From assembly GCF_009914755.1 (NCBI RefSeq), contig NC_060936.1: a stretch of 64,000 bases of DNA; one strand, given 5' to 3'. The notes below the pieces were generated by a model, which was not told where the DNA came from, did not search any database, and saw only the letters and a list, made by a program, of their open reading frames with translations. The translations under genes were made by a program, and so were the position numbers. Origin of the DNA: the human T2T-CHM13v2.0 reference genome, Homo sapiens. Shown here piece after piece: positions 16,273 to 30,401 of this stretch (position 1 is the stretch's first letter; each line of letters opens with the position of its first letter).

Positions 16273-17451
16273 TAGGTTTTCTTTTAGCAGAGCATGCACC
16301 CTCTTATTCATCATAGTTTCTTCCATTCCCTGTTGCCTGTCCTACACCAGGTAGCTTTACACATTTGAATTATTATTTTCCTGGCCCCTGAAGACATTTG
16401 AGTTCTGTTTTCAGAACACTGAGCAATTTGCAAAAGGGAGGGATATTTATAACAGTTAGTATTTCAGAGCATTTACTAAGGACAGGCCGTGCACGAGAGG
16501 TACTTTCCACATATTATTTCACATATCCTACATCTTTAGGAGGCTAAGAAAGATGAACTAGTCCAGAGCCACAAAGCTGGTAGATAGCGGAGGCAGGACT
16601 GATAAACAGAGCCTCCCCAGAGTAAGCCACATTACAACACATGACAGTGTGTGCTGTTCTGAAACAATCACACCTGGTCGTCTTCTTAAAAATTTAAAGA
16701 AATAATTACAGAGGCTTCAACTCAGCAGCAAACTACAACTGGATCTGAAATTTAAAACTTAGAAAAGAGAAAAAGCAGAAAAGCCCCAGAGCAAAACTGT
16801 TAAAAAAAAATTACCCGCGATGGCAGAAATCCTAAATAAAATGAGAACAAGAGGTTTTTCTAGGCTGCTTTTGAACTAACTGTTCTTGTGTGCATGTGTA
16901 TATATACTATATTTTGTTTAAAATATTTTTATTTTACTAGATCCTGAGTGGAAAATTTTATTTCTCTCAGGACAGTGCAAACAGAGCATCAGAGCCAAAA
17001 GCTGGCAGCTGTGTCCTCAGAAGCAGAACCAGAATAGGGAAGGGGTGGCAGGAAACTGGGAAAATTCTGGAAACCTCTGGAAAATTCCAGGCTAGTCAAT
17101 CTTCAGTGGTGACAGAAGCCCTCTTACCCTCCCTCTGGTTTCCTAACAGGGGCCAAGTGAAGGCAATACAGTAACAGTCCTGCAAACTACTAATCTTCTA
17201 TCTTCAGGAAGGGCTGCCTTTACTGAATTCACCTTTATCAGGGCCTGCTGCTGTGCTCTGTGCTGAAATACTGAGGCACAGTCCCTGCCCTTCTGGAGCT
17301 TAGAATCTAAAGATAAAGTCTTTCCCTTTAAATTCCACTTACTCAGAATTTCAAATATTTCCGGCAACCATTTTCAAGCATGAAATGTTTTCTGGAACCC
17401 TGAGATTTTTGTCAGACGTGGACTGTATCCTCCAGTATGTAGATCCCAGGA

Positions 17452-17835
17452 TGCTAGGGACTGAGTTGTCTTCCTTCTCCCTAAATTCATATGTTGAAGC
17501 CCTAATCCCACATGTGACTGTACCAGAAATAGGGGCTTTAAGGAGGACTAAGGTTAAATGAGGTCATAAGGGCGAAGCCCTAATCCAACAGAACTGGTGT
17601 CCATGCAAAAAGAAGAGATACTGGAGCTCTCTCTCTGCATGTGAGTCCCAAGGAAAGGTCATGCGAGCACACAGTGGGAAGGCAGCTGTCTGCAAGTCAG
17701 GAAGAGAGGCCTCACCAGAACTCAACCATGCTGCACCCAGATCCAGCCCCCAGAACTCTGAGAAAGTAAATTTATGTTGCTAAAGCCACTAAGTATTTTG
17801 TACTTTGTTTAGTAACCCAAGCTGATGAATATACA
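17452..17835 (+). mobile_element. MLT1A-type MaLR solo LTR
   Basis: TG...CA ends; AAATTCATATGTTGAAGCCCTAA, AAGGTTAAATGAGGTCATAAGGG, CCAGAACT.TGAGAAA. Confidence 0.88.
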
Positions 17836-18220
17836 GGAAAACTTCCAGACCATGTCATATTGATGAATACCAAGCTTGCTTGTGCAGTGGGCAGCTGGAG
17901 AAAGAATCGTCCTCAGTGTGAGGCTGTTGGTGTCTCATCTTCACTCTTGTCTTCTGAACTTGCCTAGTGCATCTGAATTTGAACAGTAAGGCCATTCCAT
18001 GGGAAGCAAAACCTAGAAGAAAAAGACAAGCTAGTACACTTTTTCAATATGCATCAAAACTTGGATCCTAATCACAGCTAAGAAGGAGAAACCCTCTACG
18101 AGGAACTCTAAGGTGGTTAGTGATCAATGAATTAACCAGGTGGTCTTCCCTAATTATAGAATCTATGAAGAGGAAAACAGTAAGGCGTATGTGTAACCAT
18201 TCTGCATGTGAAGTTCTATA

Positions 18221-18460
18221 TGGTTGTCCCTTGGTATCTTAGAGGGATTGGTTCCAGAACCTCTTACATATGCTAAAATGCCTAAGTTCTGATATAAAAT
18301 GATTTAGTATTTGTATATGACCTATGCATATCTTCCCATATACTTTAAATCATCTCTAGATTATTTATAATTACCTAATACAATATAATATATTGTATTA
18401 TATATTATATGTATTATATGTATAGATGCATTGTATATAATACCTGATATAATGTAATAC
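18221..18460 (+). mobile_element. MER2 (Tigger) fragment
   Basis: GTTGTCCCTTGGTATC..GGATTGGTTCCAG; TACTTTAAATCATCTCTAGATTA. Confidence 0.8.
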
Positions 18461-18552
18461 CTAATACCTTCCTGCTAAAGGGAACACAGTGTTCCTTAAA
18501 AATCTCTCTCACCATCATCTCTCATCATCTTTCTATTATCAATCAGATCATC

Positions 18553-18853
18553 AGCCGGGCGTGGTGGCTCATACCTGTAATCCCAACAGTTTGGGAGGCC
18601 AAGGCAAGTGGATCAACTGAGGTCAGGAGTTCAAAACCAGCCTGACCAACATGGTAAAACCCCATCTCTACTAAAACTACAAAATTAGCTGGGTGTGGTG
18701 GCACATGCCTGTAATCCCAGATATTTGGGAGGCTGAGGCAGGAGAATCACTTGAACCTGGGAGGCAGAGGCTGCAGTGAGCCAAGATCAGATCAAGCCAT
18801 TGAACTTCAGCCTGGGCAACAAGAGTGAAACTCTGTCTCAAAAATAAAAAATA
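18553..18853 (+). mobile_element. AluS
   Basis: TSD AGATCATCA. Confidence 0.92.
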
Positions 18854-19689
18854 AGATCATCAATGGGCTGCATAGATACCCATGCACCCTGTGCATAGTA
18901 AGTTCTCAATAAATATTTATTGATAATAATGACATAATAATTTTACTCTCACAGTTGCCCTTGACCAATGCCAGCAACAGCATCATTCAGTTTGGAATTT
19001 AGAAACCAAATCTTCATGGGATCAACCCTGGATGTCTCCAACAACAGATTTCCTGGAAGTTTTGGGATCTTGCTGATATGACCTCTCGTTGGTGCCAAAT
19101 TCTATCAACCTTGAACACATCTCCAGAATTTTGTGACTATTCTAAAGAAGACTTTTGTGCTGAGGATTATTAAAAAGAAACTTCCTGTGACATCTCTAGT
19201 CCAGTTGGAAACAAAGCAATCTTACTCCTGCTAAGCAGATATGCTGCTCCAGGCTCTGAGCATGTAGCTGGAAGGGTTTGCTGCTCCCTGCAGGCAATCC
19301 CCATCCATGACTGCACTTGCAGCTGGCGCCTGAGACAACTGCTCCATCCTGGGAAGCAGCCTTTCTATACCTTTCTGAGAGCCCTGCATAACACACAATA
19401 ACATGTTGGATTATTTAACATTACATGTAAAGGTCAAGGGGAAAAAATGGTAATGCAATGCTAAGTCTAAATGACAATTGGGAATGAGTAAATCTGGTTG
19501 TCTTGGTAGTTGGATACCTGCTTTCTGCTCCTAATAGTATTAGGTGGCTTAGCCACCTAAGCTGTCATCCCCTATTCCATTAGATTCTCCTATAGCCTTA
19601 TGCTCTATCCCTAATCTTTTTAAGAATATGCTACTAGCTTCTGAAGGACAAATATCAGAACTATGAAGGAGACAAAGGAACTCCAGTTA

Positions 19690-20450
19690 TAATAAGATAA
19701 ATGCAGATGAAAACCACACTAAGACACCATTTCTCAATCATCAGATAAGCAGAAATATAATATTAGATAACATACTCTCTCTGTTGGCCATTCCAAGGGC
19801 TAATAGGCATTCTTATACATTATCAGCAGGAATGCAAAATGGTATAACTTCTATAAAGGGTAATTTGGCAATATCAGGCAAAATTATACATGCATTTACC
19901 CTTTGATGCAGCAAACCCACATGAAGACTCTATCCCAAAATAAAAGAACATGAAAAGACTGGAATAGCACCACTAAACAAACCCTAATGAAATGAAGGAT
20001 CTAGACAATGATCACCAGCAGCTGTTAGGAACACATAAAGAGAGACATCATGTGCTTCCTGGTGAAGTTCACAATAAACCCTGTAATGTATTATTGCAAA
20101 AAAATCAAACTGAGTCAGACCAAGCCTCTAGATTTAACTGTCAAATTATAGGAACTATAAGGGACAGAGGAACATATTAAACAACACTTTAGGCGATGCA
20201 ATGAACAAAATCCAGACTGTAGGAAACAGTATAGGATAAACAGTCTGGCTGAGAATCTTCCAGAGTTCGTGAAATATATGAATCCTTAGATTTAGAAATC
20301 ACAGTGAATCCTAAGCAAAACATATAGAAAAAAAACTATATTTGCACACATTGTATTGAAAATGGTAAAAACAAGATCTTGAAAGCAGCCAGAGGGAAAA
20401 ATATTATCCAGAAAGCATAGCTCATGAAAAATAGGAGAAACTAACAGATT
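19690..20450 (+). mobile_element. Old L1M fragments (ORF2 3' end, L1MC 3' UTR, ORF1-like)
   Basis: AATGCAAAATGGTA.AAC..T..AAAGG.TAATTTGGCAATATC; ATCTTGAAAGCAGCCAGAG. Confidence 0.6.
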
Positions 20451-20491
20451 GAAACCAAAATCTGTTGTTTTTAAATGACATACAAAATCTA

Positions 20492-20902
<411 letters not shown>

Positions 20903-21689
20903 TCACTTTTGCCTATTTTTCTTATTTCTATTAAGGCGTGGGAAGAAACTGTGTCCAGGTAGGAGAGTTGAAATTAGATGTCACTATTAGTCCTTGATTT
21001 CTGCTCTTAGGAAACAAATAAAAGCAGTTAGCCAGCCTTCCTTGCTTGGCACGGTCACTTTGTTGCGCTTGCAAAGATTTGGTTGGGTTCTGAGCGACAG
21101 CTCTGGTGTCTGCCATCAACACCAAGTGGGAGATACCACCCCAGGGGTGAGGATGGTTTGCACAACTAAAGAAGCCACTATTTGGGCTGAAGACAGGAGC
21201 AGCGGGAGTGGTGCATCTGATAAGATAGGAGATCAGGCAAGTGCAAAACTCTTCTGGCTGGTCTCTGCCTCCTGGGATCCTACAACTTCTATTATGTGAA
21301 ATCAAAAAGAACCACAGTACAAACTGCCTCAGAGAAGAGAAGCAGTCTTCAATTTGGCAGACCCCAGAACCACTTCTGTGATCATTCAGGCCTCACTGAA
21401 CAATCAACCAGAGCAGGGCAATACCTGCTCTGGCTTGGAAAACCACTGAACCATGGCACTTGGTGGGCCAGCCTCAGCCAAGGCCATAGGGACCTTAACT
21501 GGCACAGACAGAGATCTGAGCAATACGGCCCCTCAGACAAAGGCTTCTACCATCCCTGACAACAAATCACCCCATCTCAGCTTGGGCTGAGACTTTCACT
21601 TCCTTCCCTTGTGAAGGGAAGGAAGCCTTCCCTTCATGGCACATGAGCCATGGAAAACCAGCACGGTATGTACCCAACTCAGTGCATGC

Positions 21690-21845
21690 AATTATCTCAT
21701 TTAGTTCCTACCCTGTGAAGTCGTACCTATCCCCATTATATATGGGAAGAAACTGAGGCTGGGAGATACTAAATAACCCGTTGGTAAGTGGAAGAACTTG
21801 CAAGACTGGGTGACTGCAACACCCACATTCTTCACCACTGCCATA
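21690..21845 (-). mobile_element. MIR
   Basis: CCCCATTAT..ATG.GAAGAAACTGAGGCT. Confidence 0.7.
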
Positions 21846-21864
21846 AAATGTTTCCACATATTCA

Positions 21865-22168
21865 GGCCAGCCTGGCGGCTCAAGCCTATAATCTCGGCAC
21901 TTTGGGAGGCTGAGGTGGGTGGATCACTTGAGCTTAGGAGTTTGGGACCAGCCTGAGCAACATGGCAAAACCCCATCTCAACAAAAAAATAGCTGAGTGT
22001 GGTGGCATGCACCTATAGTCCCAGCTAGTCAGGAGGCTGAGATAGGAGGATCACTTGGGCTGAAAAGGTCAAGGCTGCAGTGAGGTGAGATCACACCACT
22101 GCACTCCAGACTGGGAAGCAGAGTGAGACCCTGTCTCAAAAACAAGAAAACAAAACAAAACAAAAAAG
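21865..22168 (+). mobile_element. AluJ
   Basis: TSD about AAA.GTTTC.ACATATT. Confidence 0.9.
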
Positions 22169-22323
22169 GTTTCTACATATTTAAGACTCCTGCTCCTAAT
22201 GCCTTCGATGAAAGAAATTCAGGCTTGCACACCCCGGCTGATTTCATAAGCTTCATCTAATAATTTTTATCCCTTTTACTCTTAGAGAGAAAACTGTCCT
22301 ACTGGCACCCTTCAAAATATTTA

Positions 22324-22820
<497 letters not shown>

Positions 22821-22979
22821 ATAGAAGCATGTCTCCAGCCCTAGAGCTGGACCATTTACTTCAGTGTCTCTGGCCAGGCACACTGAGGATGATAAAGGCT
22901 GCTGATGCCACGGCACTGACTGCACCCTCAGGAGAGCAAAGCATTGCCAAAGAAGCCCAAGCTGTTCGGTGGATGAACA

Positions 22980-23126
22980 GATCCCAGGTACCTGGAAGGC
23001 TGAGATGGAGGATCACCTGAGCCCAGGGAGGTCGAGACTGCAATGAGCCATGATTGTGCTACTGCACACCAGCCTGGGTGACAGAGTGAGACCCTATCTC
23101 AAAAAAAAAAAAAAAAAAAAAAAAAA
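22980..23126 (+). mobile_element. AluJ right-arm fragment
   Basis: Right arm plus A26 tail. Confidence 0.85.
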
Positions 23127-23435
<309 letters not shown>

Positions 23436-24409
23436 GTAGCAGGATATGCCCCGGCTGCCTGCTACTCTGTACAAATGATACCCAAAGGCACATTTCATCA
23501 AGGGGCTATTGAGAAACACCTGGTTTACAAGGTTTTGAAAAGTTTTGAAATAACCATCACTTGAGCTTCATTCAGCAGTTGGAGAATCAACCCAAAGATA
23601 GAAAGGGTGATATTTGATGTCCTGTGACTACTGCATTTATTTCAGTAATATCAATATTGGCAGCAGGATGGGCCTAAATTGGGTGGGGAGGGTGTTTGCT
23701 TCTTAATTAAAGGCCCTTCCTCACCTCATATCTATTCTCATTAGTCAGTAACTGGAGACAGCCATCTATGAAAGATTTTGTTTTTCAACGGTGTTTTATT
23801 TTATTTTCCTAAAATGTCAGTTGGATGGCCAAGGAAATTTTTCCCCCAAGAGTCCTTGGAGATTATTTTGAGCCGAAATAGCCACCATCACGGTTGGCTG
23901 AGCACTAAATGAAAAATAGTGTTAGATGTCAAATTAATATTTTAGGACCGAAAATGTACAAAACCTCCCTGGCATGTCAGCCAGCGTGATAGCAAGTGTT
24001 AGCTACAAAACTGCAGGGTGACGACTGGAAGGCTGGAGCCACAAGTGGCCATCAGTTCAAGAGCTGAAATCCAAGAGCAGGAGAGAGAATTACAGGGAGT
24101 AGGTCTCTATTCATCAAATTTGGCAGACTAGAGGGGCAAGAAAAGACAAGAGTGATGACGTTTTTAAATGGATTCATTTTGTGAGATGACTGCTGGGTGA
24201 AAAGCAGTGGATTAGGGCTTTGTCAAAACCACAGCTGAAGCCTTAAGAGAAAAATATGATACTGTAGAAAATGACAATGGAAAATATAGCAATGTGACAA
24301 AAGCAGGCTACAAACCAAATGTACAACATTGTCCAATTTTTGAAAAATACCATGAGAGGGGGAGCACACACAAGTGAGTGCAAGAAGCCTGGTTTTGCCA
24401 CAGAATGTT

Positions 24410-25060
24410 CTAGAATGTTTTCTTAAAAAATACAGATCCTTTGGCCCCACCCCTAGAGGTTCTAATTTATTAGATCTGGTTTGGGTCTCAGGTACATGGG
24501 TTTCTTTTTTTTATACTTTAAGTTGTAGGGTACATGTGCACAATATGCAGGTTTGTTACACATGTATACATGTGCTATGTTGGTGTGCTGTACCCATTAA
24601 CTCGTCATTTAGATTAGGTATATCTCCTAATGCTATCCCTCCCCCTCCCCCCTCCCCCCACCCCATGACAGGCTCCAGTGTGTGATGTTCCCCACCCTGT
24701 GTCCAAATGTTCTCATTGTTCAATTCCCACCTATGAGTGAGAACGTGCGGTGTTTGGTTTTCTGTCCGTGCAATAGTTTGCTCAGAATGATGGTTTCCAG
24801 CTTCATCCATGTCCCTACAAAGGACATGAACTCATCCTTTTTATGGCTACATAGTATTCCATGGTGTATATGTGCCACATTTCTTTATCCAGTCTATCAT
24901 TGATGGACATTTGGGTTGGTTCCAAGTCTTTGCTATTGTGAATCGTGCCACAATAAACATACGTGTACATGTGTCTTTATAGCAGCATGATCTATAATCC
25001 TTTGGGTAAGGTATACGGGTTTTTAAAAGCTTTTTAGGTGGTTCTCTCTGATATAGAGCA
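24410..25060. mobile_element. MER5A-like fragment split by L1PA
   Basis: AAATACAGATCCTTGGCCCCACCC.AGAG.TTCT.ATT..AG.TCTGG; continues TTTTAAAAGCT..AGGTGGTTCT. Confidence 0.6.
24505..25008 (-). mobile_element. L1PA 3' end (about 500 bp, 5'-truncated)
   Basis: TTATACTTTAAGTT.TAGGGTACATGTGCACAA; TSD AGGTACATGGGTTT / AGGTATACGGGTTT. Confidence 0.96.
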
Positions 25061-25120
25061 ATAAAGAGAGGGTTGGGGGGAGGAGAAAAAAGATCAGAGA
25101 TAGCTTTATGGGGCATTCCA

Positions 25121-25473
<353 letters not shown>

Positions 25474-25604
25474 TAAATGTTTTGCCAGTGGATTTTCTAT
25501 ATTTACATATTGCTCCATGAATATGCATTGTGTTTACTCTCAGAAAAGGTTATTAGTACAAATTCTAACTCAACTTCTTAGGAGAAATAGCCTCTGGCAA
25601 CAAT

Positions 25605-25790
25605 AATAATAATGATTAATGCTTACAAAGTGCTTCCTGAATGCCAGACACGGTTTTATTAATGCTGCCATTTAGTCTTGAAAATAACTCTGATGTAGGC
25701 ACCAGTGTTGCAGCCATTTTATAGATGAGAAAATCAGAGGCCAGAGATTCTAGCTCAGACAACTAGAAAGAGACACAGTATGAGCATAGA
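25605..25790 (-). mobile_element. MIR
   Basis: CCATTTTATAGATGAGAAAA.CAGAGGC. Confidence 0.7.
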
Positions 25791-26418
25791 TAGGGACTGT
25801 TACTGGGAGCCTGAGGCTTCACTCCCGCATTCTATTTCATCCTAGTGAACAGGATGCTTCGGACAGGAAGAAGTCTGTGGTTCAGACACCCACCTGAGGC
25901 ACTGAGGGCTCCCCTCAGATCACATCATCCCATGCACTCTGGCTCCTGGGCCTCAAGGTGCCTGCTTTGAGCTTCCCTGGGAAGTCATGGGAAGTTTCTC
26001 CCTGCCTTCCCATCAGTGTCCTGTTCCTTCCAGAGACTTCCCAGAGTTTGCTACTTGCCTGACAGGAAGAATTCTATCGCCAGGCAAGCTAAACAGAGGG
26101 AGAAAGTATGAAGAAATTGAACACCCCAGGACACTGGCTGGCTATTAAGGCATGCCATCACCAATCCTTTGAAAAAATTCTTAATTGGTTTTTTAATTGA
26201 AGTGGAGAATGAACTTCTGTGAAGTACCCCATACCATTGTACATGAGGATACAGATATGAAATCTACAGGGGTTTTGACTGGAGAGAGGACAGAGCATTC
26301 ATTGAGATTATTTCCCCATTTTGCAGATGGCGGTGCCAAGTCATTAAGTAATGTCCTAAAAGAGAAAAGAATGAGTTGATGCCCCTCCCAGAACCAAAGG
26401 TCTTCACTAGTACAAAAA

Positions 26419-26930
26419 TGTTGGGAGCCAGCCCCCCAAAACCTGGCCATAAACTGGCCCCAAGACTTGCCATAAACAAAATCTCTGCAGCACCATAACA
26501 TGTTCATAATGGCTCTAATGGGCAAGCTGGATGGTTGTGGGTTTAGGGGAATGAAGGCAAGGAACACCTGGCCCGCCCAGGGCGGAAAACTGCTTAAAGG
26601 CATTCTTAAGCCACAGACAATAGCATGAGCATCTGTGTCTTAAGGGCGTGTTCCTGCTGCAGTTAACTAGCCCAACCTATTCCTTTAATTCGGCCCATCC
26701 CTTCACTTCCCATAAGGGATACTTTTAGTTAATTTAATATCTATAGAAACAATGCCAGTGACTGGTTTGCTGTTAATAAATATGTGGGTAAATCTCTGTT
26801 CAGGGCTGTCAGCTCTGAAGACTGTGAGACCCCTGATTTCCCACTTCACACCTCTATATTTCTGTGTGTGTGTCTTTAATTCCTCTAGTGCCACTGGGTT
26901 AGGGTCTCCCTGACAAGGCTGGTCTTGGCA
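26419..26930 (+). mobile_element. MER9 solo LTR (HERV-K HML-3 / HERVK9)
   Basis: TGTTGGGAGC.AGCCCCCCAAAA.CTGGCCATAAACTGGCCCC start, AATAAA, ends GGTCTTGGCA; 512 bp; partial TSD CAAAAA/CAAAGT. Confidence 0.88.
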
Positions 26931-26998
26931 CAAAGTATTCTGTGGATTTTAAAGATTTTACAAAATCAGTAGGTATTTTAATTCATTCTCTTTCATGG

Positions 26999-27521
<523 letters not shown>

Positions 27522-28194
27522 TTTCATGGGAAACATGATTTATTTTCTCCTTGGAGATTGCTTTTTTTCCTCAGTGTCACTAGCTCAATGATTTGGAGAA
27601 GCATAAACCAGAAAATTAATCCCAGCCCATCCTTTTGTGCCAGACACCCACAGGGTCAGTTCTTTTGGTAGTCAGTGAGTATTACATATTGCAAAAGCAC
27701 ACATGCATGCACACTCACCCACACACCTTCAAGCACACATGCACACACTTTCACATCAATGTTCTTACACTCATACATACAGATACAAATGGATTCTGTT
27801 TCTCCTAATATCCTAAAATAAAAATCCCTCACTCCATTCAGATTTTCATGGCTTTCCAAACACATCATTCTCCTTTTTGGTCAGTGTCTGTCTGTTCAAG
27901 GAGAAAGTCATATCCCCAGCTTGCTTTGTGTGCTCAGCTACACTGACTCAGCTTCCCACAGAGTAGGCTGGCACTGAGACTTTATCTCTTGTATTTCAGA
28001 AAATTTGAATTCTCTTTTCTTGCCATTGCATAAAACTGCCTGTTTTAGTATAAAGGGATGAAAGTTGTCTTAGGATCAGATAATGAATGCAACTTACTAA
28101 CAAGAAAAAGTACAGAACTGAGAATTGAAAACTCAAGCCATATAATGAAAACATTTGAAAATGAGAGAGAAGAAAAAATTTTTGTGTATTCACA

Positions 28195-28560
28195 GGAAGC
28201 AGTATAGCACAGTGGTTAAATCATCACTCCCATAGCCAGGCTCCTTGAGTTACTAGATGGCCAAATTATTTACCCTAATCCGTAAAGTGGAAATAATAAC
28301 ACCTGCCTCCTAAGGTTGTTGTGGTAATTAAGTAAATATATAGAAGATGTATGAAATTGTATCTGACACATAGTGTTTGCTTTTATAATGATCTTCGATT
28401 TGCCAGGCACAGCAGTAGCTTCTTCATGTGTATCCTCCCGTATAATTGTCGAAATAAGCCTTGAGATGTGTGAACATGAGGAAACTGAGGCTCCAAGAGG
28501 TTGACTTGCCCAAGGCTACACAGGTGGCATGCAGCAAAGCCAAGATTCAAGTATCAATCT
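28195..28560. mobile_element. Two MIR fragments in opposite orientation
   Basis: CAGTATAGCACAGTGGTTAA (+) and ATGAGGAAACTGAGGCTC..GACTTGCCCAAGG (-). Confidence 0.7.
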
Positions 28561-28919
28561 CAGGACACAGCCACCCGTCTCTCAATTACCCAGTATTAAG
28601 GCGACAAAAGGTGGAAGGTTGATGGTTCTTTAGAGAAGTGACAGCATTCCGTCTACAATTGTTGCTTTTGTGGGATGGTGGTGCATCTGGAGATGTTTGC
28701 AGTGGTGCTTTTGGGGGAGGACAGGACCCTTTGTTTTGGTACAGACCTGACCCAAGTGTCTGCCAACCAGATGAGGACCTTACTTTCTTGTGACTTCTCC
28801 AAGCAAATCCCCAGGAAACGGGAAGCCCTGATCCCAGACTCTGCCTGGCTTTCCATCATTAAGGCAGTATAAGGCAGGGTCCGTCGGCATGTGGTGGGGG
28901 GACAGTGGTGCCAGCAGGA

Positions 28920-30045
28920 GCCCCAGGACTCTATCCTCAACTCTGTTCTCTATTTGCACGCTTACCATAGATCATTTCATTCAGTCCCTTTGTACCATTT
29001 ATAGGCTAATGATTCCCTAATTCATGTCTCTAGCCTAGACCTCTCCCCTGAACTCAGACTCACAACTGCCTACTCAGCATCTCCACTAGGATATATAATA
29101 AACATCTCAGAGTTTACAAATCTAAAACTAGATTTTATTTAAAAAAGCAAAAACCTGCTTCACTTCCAGTGTCCCTGGGTCAATCTATGGCAATTCCATT
29201 CTTCCAATAGGGCAGTCCTAAAGACTTGAGATCACTCCTCACTTCTCTCTTTTTATGGCTTGACTATCCAATCTGTCAGCTCATCCCATTGGTTCCACCA
29301 TCAAAATGCCTCCTGAGCCAGACTACCTTCCATCATCTCCACATCTACCATTTTGGACCATTGCAATAGACTCCTGGTCTCCCTGCTTCCAACCTTGCCT
29401 CCTGCCATGGTCTATTCTTCATACTGCAAAGTATTCCTGTTAAGACATAACTCAGGTTACATCACTGTTTTGCTCAAACTTCTCCAAAGCCTCCCATTTC
29501 AGAGGAAAGTCAAGATCTTCCATGACTTGAAAAGCCCTCCATGGTCTTAGCCTGCCCCAGCTCTCTCCAACCTCACTTCCCGTCACTATAACCAGCCCCA
29601 CCTGCACCAGCTGCTAGGCCTCCATGCCAGTCCTTGCATAAACCAAGCACACTCCTGCATTGGGCCTTTGCACTTGCTCTTCTTCCCATGGGACATACTC
29701 CATCCACCACAAAGTCCTCATGCCTCACAACCCAATGTCCTTCAACCCCTGCTCAAATCTCACCCTAACAGAGAGGATTACCGCATCTACCTGCATAAAA
29801 CAGCCACATGCCATCCTCATCTGAGCATTCCCTCTCCCCTAAACTGTCTTATATATTTTTTTCACAGCATTCATCCTTTATCAGCACCTGATGGGATCCA
29901 TTCATTTATTCACTTATTGCCTCCATCCTCTGGAAGGGACCATCTATGTGGATAGAGATTTTGTCTGTTTTATTGACTGCTATATCCTCAGTGACTGGAA
30001 GGATGTGTACACACAGTAGGTGCTCAATAAGTACTGAGTGAATGG
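28920..30045 (+). mobile_element. L2a 3' portion
   Basis: CTCTCCCCTGAACTCAGACTC..AACTGCCTACTCAGCATCTCCACT; ends AGTAGGTGCTCAATAA. Confidence 0.85.
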
Positions 30046-30185
30046 AAAGAGCCTTCTAGATAGTCTCGTGCCAGCTGAACAGACTGCTTCAGCTTCCCTA
30101 GCACACAATCAGGCTTTCAGAAGACTCCGTCCTGTACTCCTTTCCATCTAAGGAGTCACAGCTCTAGGATGATACTACATACAGT

Positions 30186-30218
30186 TTCTTTCTTCCTTTC
30201 TCCCTTTCTCTCTTTCTC

Positions 30219-30275
<57 letters not shown>

Positions 30276-30401
30276 TGCTCTGTTGCCCAAGCTGGAGTGC
30301 ATGATCATAGGTCACTATAACTTTGAACTTTTGGCTTCAAGTGATCCTCCCACCTCAGCCTCCCAAAGCACTGGGATTACAGACATGAGCCATCATGCCC
30401 A
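30186..30401 (-). mobile_element. Alu monomer/deleted AluJ with (CT)n tail (about 30223-30271)
   Basis: Antisense Alu end preceded by CT microsatellite. Confidence 0.82.
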
